Program-made: the position numbers and the translations under genes | Assembly: GCA_036172245.1 (NCBI GenBank) | Contig: JAYWIR010000012.1 | Span: 3,472,001 to 3,536,000, forward strand | Source of the DNA: Raillietiella orientalis | Lineage: Eukaryota | Reading direction: 5' to 3' | DNA length: 64,000 nucleotides | Notes under the pieces: generated by a model | What the model saw: the letters and a program-made list of their open reading frames with translations, nothing else | Database searches by the model: none | Told to the model about the DNA's origin: nothing | Shown: in pieces, positions 37,550 to 64,000 of the stretch | Position numbering within the stretch: the stretch's first letter is position 1 | Layout: every line of letters starts with the position of its first letter

Positions 37550-37637
37550 GAATACCTACAGCGGCCCCCGGTGCTCTTGCGGACCCTCCCTCCCTTCCTC
37601 CTCTTCTTCCCTTCCTTCCTTCCTCCTCTTCCTTTGA
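37550..37637 (+). CDS. mAChR-A: Possible terminal exon of mAChR-A (R-NTYSGPRCSCGPSLPSSSSSLPSFLLFL*)
   Basis: The apparent stop of exon 3 lies inside a consensus donor AG|GTGAGT (GT at 37455). A good acceptor cctacgccttttccgcag|G ends at 37549, giving a 95-nt intron and an in-frame 28-residue extension. No transcript evidence is available. Confidence 0.45.
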
Positions 37638-37899
37638 AGTGGCAGGAGTCGGCGCTGCAACTGGAGTCTCCCGTGCAACGCGCCCGCGGGCATCGCTGGA
37701 CCTGAGACAAGTAACATGACGCAGTTCTGGGTTCGCAGTGAGATTCCCCAGCCGCCCTTCCATGTAAAGGGTTCCAGAATGGGAGGAGCGGCTGCGAGGG
37801 AACGGCGCTACCCTCCGCTCCATTCCCCCCTCTCGGGAGCGCGCAGCGGCGCGCGCTCCCAGTTCCAGCGAAGGCGGGAAAGGAAAGGGGAAAGAGGGA

Positions 37900-38690
37900 G
37901 GTGAAGCAAGAGGGTTTTCCTCCTCCCCACTCGTTCCCGCCACCCCTTTCCACGGAAGGACTCGGTAGACCCGGTACGACCCGCCTGCCACGCTCGGCTG
38001 GCTCGAAAGGGGGGGGGGGAGGAGGAGGAGAAACCTTGAGGACGCGCGTTCGCATGTTCACGCCCCCTCACCACAACAGTTTCTTCCGGGGACGTCCTGT
38101 CTTTCCCGGAGAGGAGCACAGAAAAGGCGGGAAGTAGGGACACGCCCTCGTCTTTTTGTTCGCATTCCGGCCACCCCACTCCCCTTCCCTTCCCTTCCGG
38201 AATGCAGATGCTCGCCACTTCCTCCCCCATCCCCTCAGTCGCCAACACACCGCGCACCGGGCGCTCAAGAAACGAGGAGCAGCAGCACGGAGAGAGGGAC
38301 GTTGGGCCCTCCGCGTAGGCGAAGGAGGTGGTGGATGTGTCTTTTGTTTTTGCGGTTCCGCGGACCACCACGTGGACGACGACCCTGACCCGTTTGCGCA
38401 GGGGTTGAGGAACAGCAGGTTCCTTTTTCTGCACAGTCCCTTCGCCTCCCTTCCAAGAGGTAAGGCCCATCGGCCCTCTCCTCCTCCTCTTTTCCTCTGG
38501 TTTGCATCCGATCTTCCAACCTAGCAACCAACCAGGATGCGGACCGAGAAGCAAACCAGACAGCCAAAGCCCTCTTAACCTTTCAGAGACCTTTCCTTCA
38601 GGTTGCACTCGTCGTCCGTGCGCTCCTGCTGCTAAAGCTCCCCTCAAATAAAAGGAATATAAAAGATTGGGAGGCCTCATCCCCAAAGAT
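37900..38690 (-). mobile_element. Decayed CR1-like RT fragment downstream of the mAChR stop
   Basis: NLLYSFYLRGAL, LRGLWLSGLLLGPHPGWLLGW (~KL..YG..G.LL..I..WL), GLTSWKGGEGTVQ and EQKDEGV (~EKDLGV) in ORF 37808..38686. Confidence 0.45.
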
Positions 38691-41600
38691 CCCTTCGTCG
38701 ATTCTGCTCCTCGGCCTTTCAGCTAAGATCATTCTTTGGCTATTCGCGATTCTGCTACCACCGTTCGCGGCAGCAAGGAACTGAAAAAGAACAGCAAATT
38801 TGAACGCGATGTCCTTCTCTGTCCCTGCGCCGCTTTGCTAATTCCTCTAAGGAAGGAGAGAACGCACGTGCAGGCTGCGCACGCGTGCTCGGATGCGGAG
38901 AGAAGCACACGCTAATGACTATGATGGCTCATCATCACCCTTCGCTGTGAAACGTCCCGAGTTTCCTCCCCCCCCCCCCTTCCCCTCCAGCGAGGGGAGG
39001 AAGAGACGGGAGAGAGAAACGCAAACGGAACCGTTCAGCATGTGGGGGTGGAAGAGCGGCGGCGCTGCCGTGGCGGCGCCCCTCGCCAGGCTCAGCGCGA
39101 GTTTAACGGTTCCTTGCGGAGACGTTCGCCTTGGCCTCAACCTTCGAGCACCTCCAGGAAAACGAACACGCGTAGACGCCTCTCATTACGGATGCGTGAA
39201 GAGAGGGGAAACGGTTGATCTGGTAGTCTCCGAGGCCCGGCTTGGCTGCTGCAGCTGCACTTTTCTTTTTTCTTTTCTTTTTTTTTTCCTTTCTTTACCG
39301 ATGCTACCGGTTATCAAGCACGAGAATTCAGGGCGCCATCATCACGTGATTAATTGCATCCGCTGCTTCACGTGCGCATGCCATTACGTGCAGGGCTTCA
39401 AGACTCGAGTTTACAAGAAACCGATTTTTTTTTTATTGCAAGGCGAGCAGTAATAACCACCACGAACATTAGCGCTCGCCGCAGCTCTTTCGGCTTAGAG
39501 GATGCGAAACAGCTGTCGTGGCCTGGTGCACGCGTTTCCGCACGCCGGCCGCATGGTTCGGAGGAAGGGGGGAGGGGTCTGTTACTCCAGACCGAGTCCC
39601 CGGCTGCTCTTCTCGCTCCCTTCTCCGAAAAGCTTGCGGCGCACCTTTGAGCAACGCCGGCAATGCAGAAGCACTTCGATGTGCCCGGTGGGGACATCCA
39701 TTCCGACCCAGCGAAATAGTTGGCATCGCGTTCCGGGGTCGGATCGCAGCCGTGCAAGCGGAAACCGCGTGACCGACGGGGTCGGCCATTTTGGACGAAG
39801 GGTACTCTCTTTTACCAGCTGATCTCTTTACAGTGTTGCCGCACGTGCCAACCAAACATCATAACAGGGCGGAATTACTGTTTTGGTGCTTAACGAGCCT
39901 ACAGTTAACGCTGTGGAATTGCTTGTCGGGCTGATGATTCTCGTACAAAACTCTGTGTATAATGTACGTACTATGCTTTGCATCGAGATGAGAAAACGCG
40001 CGAATGACGCTTACCCTGAAACTACTCCTCAGACTGCCGTTCGTTTTTGTTGAAAGAACCGATGCATTGATGTTTCGTGGTTCGGCTAGATCGGGCTCAG
40101 CGTATCCGCCCTGTCTCCTCGGTGTTCTGAATGTTGTACGTGTATTTTACAGAGGATGGCCTTGAACCCGAAGCAGCAGCAGCATCAACTTCAAATCATT
40201 CCTGAGAAGATGGAACCGAGCAATCTTAGATCACGGGAAAGGAAGGAAAATGGCCGCACGGAAGCCAAAATCGAAAAAGGATCGCCCCTCGCGGAAAACC
40301 ATTTGGTCCTCTGTGGGAAGGGATGATTGTGTCAAGGCGAAGTGTTGCTCAAAATTGACACTCCTCCCGATACGAGCTCAAAATGCATTCTTTTTCTGTT
40401 TTCCTTTTTTTTTCCCCTCCTTTTTGGTTTTATCGATCCCTCCGAAAGACACCTGAAAAAGCAAAATGTTCCATATTACGGGTAAACTGACTGAGCATCG
40501 GAAAAGGGAAGTTCGGGATTTCTGTTTGCGCATTCCGTGAATCTGAGACCAAGTCTTCCAGAAACCACAAACTGATAGGTAACTGGTGCCATGTTAAATC
40601 TCCTGCTCCCCTGGCCCGGCAGCGAAGGTCTGCAGATCGTACTACCCCACGCCCCTTTTAAACTGCCATGTATAGCAAAGCGATGTACAGCAGGCAGCAA
40701 GATAACACGCTTGGCTCACGAGGTCCAGCGTGTTGTTCTCTCGTACGTTCTTCCCGGATGGGAAAGGAGCGACGTTTGTTCTGCCGCGTGATTTTGTTTT
40801 TGTTTTTGTTTTTGTTTTTTTTTTTTGTTTCTTTTTCTTACTGCGATAGAGGGAGACGGTGAACGTAATTTTCTGTTTTTCTGTTCACGAAAACATGAAA
40901 AAAAAAAAAAAAAAAAAGGAAGCAAAAAAAAAATAAAATAAAATATAAAATAAAACAAGATGGCAGTAACGCCCCTCCCCCCACCCGGGGGGCATTTCGT
41001 AAGGAAATAAATGTTTTATATTCGCATGGAGCTTTCATTTCAACCTGCTGAGATTCCCGGAAATTCTTTCTCCTTGAATGTAAAGGAGCGGCGGTCGGCG
41101 CGAGCGAAGGGCGTGGAAAGGCCACCTTCGCTTCGAATAGTCCCCACCTCCAAGACCAAGGAAGGGACCAGCCAGACAAGGGGGGGGGGGGGGAACAGAC
41201 GGAAGTAGCTGGTCGCGCCCTTCCTCTCCTCTGTTGCTTCCCCTACTACTGCCAAGCATTCAGACTCTCCTAGGGGGAGCTGGCGGGCACGCCGCGCTGG
41301 ACGCTCGACGGCCTGTGGCGCTTCCCCTTTTTTTCACTCGCACCGCCTCGCCACAGCCGGATCAACCGCCCTCAAACAAGCCGAGTGCTCCTCTCGCAAC
41401 CCTTTTCCTATCCTCCGTCTTCCTGGCTGCGCTCCCGAGTTCCGCAGGAAGGGACTGGTCGCCTCGGAGAGCCTCGCGCTGGGCGGAACAGGGAGGGGGA
41501 AAAGAGGGAAGAGCGAGCCAGGGAGTACCCCTTTCTTTTGCTGGCAGAAGCGGATGCGTCGTCTCTTCACGGGGAGATAGAGAAGCGGAGGGAGGGGAAG

Positions 41601-43559
41601 GACGTCCTTCGAGGCATCGTTCCCTCTTGAACGCGAGGTGCATCCCGCATTAACGCGTGCCTCCAGGGAGGTGCGACCTTCCCCCTCCCACGGGGAGCCC
41701 GGACACGAAGCTCGGAGCGACACGAAGCTCGCGACTACCTGCCAGGCGGTTGTGCGGAGACTGCGGGGGGATTCTGCGACTGTGCAGACTGCTCTGGATT
41801 TTCCTCCACGGCGCCAGCGCAGCCGCACCCATGCGGGTTCGCCCCGTATCCTCCCCCGCTTCCCGCCCGCCTCGTCCCCGGAGGGAAGAGAGAAGGCAAG
41901 CAGGGACTATCAGCTCCGCGGATCCCTTCCCCACCCCACCTCCATCCCTGTGGACAGGAGAATCCCGAAGGTTCCTGGGAAGGTGGGGGAGGGGGAGTTA
42001 CTCCGTTCCTCACGCCGCCGCAGGAAAAGCCGAGTGACCTCCGGGCGGTTTCTCCCGCGCGCACGCGCCAACGTGCTTTGGAGAGAGGGCACGTCCCTCC
42101 GTTCTGGAGCAGCCCTATGGACCCGGAAACCCTCTCGCTCCCCCATTGCCATGGAGACAGCGGGGAAGAGGAGCGGAAGAGAGGTGCGCGAGCTCCTCCG
42201 CCCTCTCCCGGTCCGGAAGGAAAGGAGGGGCGGCGATTCCCGCCCCGGGAACGCTCTCCCAGGGTCGAGGCCGAGGAGCGAGAGGAAGCGCCGGCGCCGG
42301 CGAGGTGGAACGCCGGGAGGACCTCGGAGGAGCGGGAATTCTCGCATATCCCCGAGCGACGTTGTGCGGAGGGGGAGACAAGCCGAGGAGGGGCAGCGCG
42401 TCTCGCGCAGGAGGAGCCGACGTGCCATCGGGGGGGGGGGGGGGGGGGGAAGGGGGGAGGGGAGGAGCAGAGGCCTGCCCGTCTCTCCCTCGGTCGCTCC
42501 CCGTCCGGGCGGCATCCGTGCGCCGACCCCTCCAGCCTGGAAACAGCCCGACCTGCCCCTCGACTCGGGACCTCGGAGGACGCAAACGGAATGAGACCGG
42601 GCAGTAGGGAGAGGTCACGAGCGGGAAGGGAATCTTTCCCTTCCCTCCTCCTCCTCCTCCTCTCCTCCCCCCTCCCCGAATTGCCTGGAGCGCCCCGAAG
42701 CCTTTTCCCGGAACCTCCTTCCCCTCGTCCACCTCGGTTTGGTGCTCCCCGGGAAATCGCCGCGGGCTTTGGGTGGAGGCGATACCAGGACCTTCCCTCC
42801 TCCCCCCTCCCCTCCTCGCTGCCTTCGGACCGCGGCTGGTTGGCATCGCGCGTGCGCGCTGGGAGGTTCAGGCCCACTTTCCCGCCGCGTCCTCGGGATC
42901 GGACAGTCTTCCCCCCCTCCACGCGCGTGTGGCTGAGCGCGCCTCCTCCGCTCTCGGAAGCGGCGGCAGCAGCAGCACCTTCCCTTCTTCCTTTCTTTAC
43001 CCATGGCAAGGCGAGATGTTGCGCGGCAGTCAGCATCCCATTTTCCCGGGGCGCCGCCACAGGTAGCCAGGAAGGTAGGGGGAGCTTCCACCCCCCGCGG
43101 TCGGGTGCTCCTCCCATCTTCCCCCTCCTCCCTCCCCCCCTTCTCCGCCGCCGCCACTCTCTCCCGGAGCTCTCCGTTCGTCCTCCCGGCGCGCCTTCCC
43201 TCCGTTTCTCGGATTCATCCCTCCCCGAAATCGGAACGCTCGCAGGCTGCTGCTGCCGCGGCGCAGTGCTGCCGCCCCCGTCGGCACGGGAGAGGCGGAT
43301 CGATAGCCAGGCGGGAGGCTGCGGCGGAGGCCCTCCGCGGCACGCAGGAAATCGATGCAGCCCTTTCGGGTGGACCTCACCTTTTCGTAGAGAGCGCAAC
43401 CGGGGAGACAGGGGAGAGGGATGGGTGGGAGAAAGGGGAAGCAGTAGACCCGAATGCCGCTCGTAGGACCGAACGCGCGTGCTCAGGAAGAACGTGAGCT
43501 CGGGGCAGCACGGGGGAAGAGGAAGGAAGAAGTCAGGCGCGTGAAACGACGGCGCTGCA

Positions 43560-44900
43560 AGCGATCAGCGCGACCCGGGAGCCGACCGTCCGCCGAAGTG
43601 GCGCTGCCGTCTTGAAACTGGGAGATTCCTCCCACCCCACCCCCGATCTTTTCCTTCAAAGATGACATCAGGAACTCGATTCAGCGGTGGCTCCTGGAAT
43701 TGCCTCTCAGGATGCACTCCCCAGAAAGGAGGCACTCCCTGTTTCCTCCTTCGAAAAGGACCCCGAAGGGACGCTTCCCGATATCTCTGAGGGGGGCTTC
43801 CCGGAGGGAACGGAGCTCTTCTTGACACTCTGGAGAGGCACTCCCCCTGAGGAGGTATCCAACCAGCTCCGTGGAACGCGATGGAGGGTTCCTCCCCCCC
43901 TCTTCCCGAGAGGAGAAGGAGGAGTCCATTCTCACAACCGGAGCGGGGGAACCCCTCTGGCCGATTCCCAGAAGGACCCCGGAGAGTCGACTCCCAAATC
44001 CCGGCCACTCATCGGGGACATCCGGTTATTGCCAGCTTCTACCAGTGCCGCACACGATTGTGGACCAGCCAGTGTCATCTCGCGGAGGAAACTCGAACTG
44101 ACGACGCGCCCATTTCTCTCTGGCGATGATCCTTCCCCGAGCAGGATTCGAACCCGCGACGCCCGGTGCCGTGCGGGCAACAAAAAAAAAGTGCCAGAGA
44201 GCTTGGCGAATCCGGGAGTGAAAGGTTCTTCAGTACTTCAGCGGTGACTCAAGGAAACGAGGTCTCTAGACGGACGCAGCCACGTCGTTCAAAACTCGCC
44301 GGCGATGCAGGACAATCCCGGAGTCCTGCTCTGCATCCTGATCCTCTCCCAGCATCCCTCGAGTTTCCTTCAGCGAGTGAGGAAGGATTGACCTTGTCCC
44401 CTCCTCGCTCCAGGGCAAAAATAAATAAATAAATACAGCCAAGAAAAGACAGGAGATGGCCGGGTGTTCCCGGATCTACCCCTTCTGAAGAGTGGGACGA
44501 ACGCTCTTCACGGGCCGCTGCTGAAGACGGTGATGAGCAGACGCGGAATGACGAATGGACGCCCTGGATGGACCCCGGCGGAAGCGCGGCTGGCCACCAG
44601 CTGACTCACCACCGCGCGTGCGCCGCCACAGCCGTCCCGACGGATCCTCCGGCGTTCTTCTTCCAGGCACGTCCGCCTCTCGAGCCTTCCAGCAGCCCGT
44701 CCGGTTATCTCCCGGGAAACGTCCGGGAAAAAGATCTTCCTGCAGATAAATTCGCGAATTGTCGTAAGGAGCTCCCACTTGCGGGGGCCGCGATGCACCC
44801 TCGGCAGAATGACCTTCAGGCCGCTCCCGTAATTCCCGTAAAGGTCTCCTACGGCCGCCTGCCCATGCCCTGACGACCCCACGACTTCAGACGATCATAG
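43560..44900 (-). mobile_element. Decayed CR1/L2-like LINE
   Basis: VGDLYGNYGSGLKVI...TIREFICRK, ADVPG, SGRDLGVD (~RDLGV), and AFHGAGWIP...LSRVSRRA (~LEY...W.P...LE.VQRRA). Confidence 0.45.
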
Positions 44901-45879
44901 GCGGGGGGTGACTGCAAGTATCTGAACCCACGCAGTCCCTTGCAAACCGAGAAGGGGGAGGGAGGTAAGGACTGGCTCGTAGTTCAAAAAACAAAAAAGA
45001 AGGTCCAGATTTGGAAACAGCTGTTCCTTTGCAAGGAAAGTGTGCAAGGCCGCCGGCGCCGCGGCACGGGGATGCGTGCGTCGGTGTTCACCGGCAGCCT
45101 GCTTGACGCGTTCCTCAAGCCCACCCCACCCCCCTCCCCTCTCCCCAGAGGAAAGGAGAGCGCGGCGCGCGAAGAAAAGGCCGACGGGTCCGCGCAGGCG
45201 CCGTCGAGACCCCGGCACGGGCGCTTCGGGTGGTGGGCAGCACGGCAACTCCAGGAGCGGCGCGGGCGCACGCCGTGACGCCGGAAAGCAACTCGGGGGC
45301 GTTTCTGCGGAAGCTACGGCGCCTCCAACGTTCCGGGAAGAAGAACGCGGCGTCGTTAGCGTGGGAGGAAAGTTTTCTGCATGTGTGAATTTTTAAAATA
45401 TCTCAGCCTCCGTGTGCGGATCGACTCTGCTCGACAGCTCAACCGTAGCGAGAGAGAAGCTTCCCGTTCGTTCAAACGGGACGAAGGATCCAGATATCGC
45501 CTGTTTGTGCATCGAAAAACGAGGTTCAATTCATTCAATCCCGAATAAGAAGGCTGAAAAGTGACAAACCGACCAACATTTTAAAGCAAAAAAAAGAAAG
45601 AAAGATTCGCACTGATAGCCGCTGCAAAAGCAACGTCTTCGGCAAGGCCCCAGTCGGCGAACGTTCGATGTGTTGATTTCACATCAGGGAAGTATCTCGA
45701 AAACTGTAGCAGCGTTAAAGGACCGCAGTTGGCAGGGCAAAAAACACACACACACATCCAAAAAAAAAAAAAAAAAACAGATCATCTGACGGGTCTTTAC
45801 AACTCCATCAATCAGGAGAGTTTGACTTTGCAGTCTAATTCTTCATACTAAGTGGAAAACAGACTCGTGAGGCAATGTT

Positions 45880-46700
45880 TGTGCTTTTTTGAAAGCTTTG
45901 AAGGCACTCGAACCGAGTGGAACGCCAGTGGGAAGGATATTTGGCTATGTGGATCTAAAACGCATAACAGATGAAAAAGCAACTGATGCATTTTTCAGAA
46001 TGAAAACAGGAAACATCGTTACTATCGGTGTTTTAAGTTTCAACATCTCAAATACCGAAGATTGTGTTTCAATCAGATTCCAGAACTAATATGAGTCCCA
46101 AGCTCGTCGGTAAGGAAACACTTATTCAAACACCTCCACACTGGAGCTCAGTGAGCTCAATCACCAGTGGATTTAAACACGAAACTATCTTTAAGACGTT
46201 CATGACATATTATTAGCCCAATCCACGTTAAAGGGAGGAAAATACAGCAGACAATAATAAAGAGGTTCCGGAATCGTCGGCTCTTGAAATGGATTTGTCA
46301 AGTGGTCCTCTCAACACAAGAACTAAAGTCATTGGAACACACCATTGGAGGCTCCCGCCAGTAGTCAAAATCGGAGGTGTGAGAGTTTCCAACGCTCGCA
46401 GGTTACTTCAAAAAGGTCCACGTGCAAGCATTGTACAAGTTTATGAGGAAAACAGACTGAACTGTCAAAATAAGATGCAGGTGCCTCTACTGAACAGCAA
46501 AGTAGTGGCCTGCTGGTAAAACCAGGGAAAAACTTGCAGCACCAGCCATCAGATAAACCGATGACGGGATCAGGTTGATCGCAACGATCTCACCAGCTTC
46601 GGCTGATAGTTCACAAATTGAAAGCTGATGATGAGAAAAACCACACTGTGACAAGGGGAAAGGGTGGAACATCATACAACTCTTTGCTTTTTCTTCTCTG
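45880..46700 (+). mobile_element. Decayed RTE-like RT fragment (+ strand)
   Basis: MKALKALEPSGTP (~ALK.LK..KAPG), MDLSSG, IVQVY, DGIRLIATISPAS (~GxRQG..ISP) and GERVEH, in order on the + strand. Confidence 0.4.
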
Positions 46701-47532
46701 GACTGTTCTTCCGGTTTGCATTCTTTGCGTCTTTTCACCGCACAGCGATTCATGAAGAACACCTTATCTGATCAGATGGGAACCGTCATGAAACACTGAG
46801 AGTCTTTCCGAAGTCTTTTGTGTGTGTGTGCAGCAAAAAGTAGTTTCAAATCGAATGTTAGTTATCTCACCGTGGGTCACTCCGTATTCGAAACCTTACA
46901 ATTATCACTTCCGATCTATCTCCAGTTTTTTCGTAAAGAGCATTTCGTTTAAATGAAGAGTTTGGTTTTTCACATCCGTGTTGTCTTTCGAAATGCTCGC
47001 ATTTGCCATTCACGTGCTTTGTAGGGCTCACTGGGCTGATTCGTGTGGGAAAGTAGGATTTTTGATGTCACACTCTGAGTGTGCGCGTGTGCAGGCATGC
47101 TTGCGTGTGAGTGTGCTTCCTGTTTTTCATTTTATTTTATTTTTTCCTGAACTTTGTTCAAACAAGTGCACAGAATAATCTAGAGGATGAAAAATAGCTG
47201 GAAAAATGAACTTTTTTTCCCATGGACTTCGTTGGCTGGAAATCCACATGAAATGCACGTTGACTTGGTCATGTAACACGGATTCGGGAAATAAAATCCA
47301 CAGTCTTTCGTTACCAGAGACAGGTGCTGTCTTGAAAAAGTTCTCGTGAAAAGAAATACATTAAATGAAACTCAGAGAAAGAAAACTCAGTGCGACAGTA
47401 AAGAGGCAAAATTTTTCAAAACGTGGGCGAAGGATTTCCCTGATGGAACAAAGACTATTCTAAAAAAGACTATTCTACTTCTGGAATGTTTGCTGAATCG
47501 GTTCGGCTGGTGGTTTCACATAGCATTTTGTT

Positions 47533-47534
47533 TC

Positions 47535-47580
<46 letters not shown>
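47533..47580 (+). repeat. (CT)n microsatellite upstream of dynein
   Basis: TC run with a single interruption. Confidence 0.95.
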
Positions 47581-47583
<3 letters not shown>

Positions 47584-47879
47584 TCCCATGAACTGTTGCA
47601 TGGATAATCAACGAGTACTAATCTGTATAATTCGACAAACAGAATCGAATGAAACAAGTCTAAAAGAATAAGAAACAGATTTCTTGGTTCCGTTCGCGAG
47701 GATACGGCGAGCTCGAAACTTAGCGTAGAAAAAAAAAAAAAAAAAAAACCATCTGCTTGGAAAATGATTCCACAGAGAAAATAAAAGCCAATTTTCTGAC
47801 ACGTGAGGAAATCTCCGCGAAGCCGAACACTTGGTAATTACTTGTAATCTCAAAGAAGAAGAAAAATTAGGCTGGAATT

Positions 47880-48260
47880 AAAAGAGGGGCACAGGGGATG
47901 AGACTTTTTAAAAATTCTCCTTGGTATGTCTGTCGATGCCCCTCTTATGCCGTCTGCATGTGTCAATCGGAGCATTTCGGTTAAACCGCCAATTGTTTTC
48001 CTTTCGATACCCATTAGTTGGGAATGGGTGGGTTGGACTGTCGTTCCGCATGCATCTGAGTACGTCTGCTGAAAGTTCTCATCTTTGAAATTTCGTTTGC
48101 AAAATTCGTGAGGTTGGCAAAAATCTTGCATGCCTTGGGTGCCTCGATTTGCGTTGGTGTTGTTTTGCACGAATGCCGACGTTTTAAGCAGGATGAAGTC
48201 GTAAGGACGTTTCGTGTATGTGACTTCCATCTTAAAAAGGGATAAGTATTTGGTGCCTGC
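47880..48260 (-). mobile_element. Short decayed RTE-like fragment
   Basis: TKYLSL...LMGIERKTIGGLTEMLRLTHADGIR resembles the RTE post-RT region. Confidence 0.3.
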
Positions 48261-48589
48261 ACGCGAGGAAAATTTTTTCATCGGTTTGTCTGTTTTATCG
48301 TTTGTTTGTAATTGTAATTGCCTTATGTACATTATTTTAACTTATCTCATGTCAGAGGCCCACGTGAGGTATGTAACAAGAAACATTAACACTACTCATT
48401 GAATGTTCATCTTTGAAATTGTCAAGAATGTCATTGCTTGTGATACTGAGTAGCCTTTTATTTAAGGTTTTATTGAACTTGTTATTCTAAAAGGAATTTT
48501 AATAGTGAGAATTATTTTGCATAAGATATTTAGCGTTCAAATTTCCTATATGGCATCCCAAAGTATTTTCGAGGTTGTCATTGCCCAAA

Positions 48590-64000
<15,411 letters not shown>

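Noticed and set aside
36370..38061. Antisense and alternative-frame ORFs over mAChR exon 3 (36393..37307, 36720..37298, 36742..38061)
   Set aside because: These are shadow ORFs caused by the high GC3 of the real exon.
39400..43300. Additional - strand RT-like hints (YFAGSEW, RRAAGDSVWSNR, AISRGAPNRGG)
   Set aside because: Too few colinear motifs to call confidently, so they were not counted in the strand-bias tally.

Overview
Eukaryotic, animal (most likely arthropod) genomic DNA made of two very different compartments. (1) Positions ~1-45.4 kb are GC- and CpG-rich and full of homopurine/homopyrimidine runs. They contain a + strand A-type muscarinic acetylcholine receptor gene: coding exons 17933-18822, 35848-35998 and 36376-37458, a 17-kb first coding intron, a probable non-coding 5' exon near 6.2-6.8 kb and a possible extra 3' exon. 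By eye, much of the non-exonic DNA consists of about a dozen heavily decayed non-LTR retrotransposon relics from several clades (RNase H-bearing I-group, Ingi/Vingi-like, RTE, Jockey, L1/Tx1, CR1), all on the - strand. One RTE relic appears internally inverted and carries a perfect 238-bp inverted repeat. (2) Positions ~48.4-64 kb are AT-rich and CpG-poor. They hold the 5' part of cytoplasmic dynein heavy chain 1 (+ strand, start to about AAA5, runs off the window), interrupted by 44 GT-AG introns, 36 of them only 41-56 nt. Nearly all other long ORFs in the track are artefacts of GC-rich low-complexity DNA. No rRNA, intact tRNA or CRISPR array was seen. TE calls rest on manual motif recognition in degenerate translations, have approximate boundaries and need HMM confirmation.
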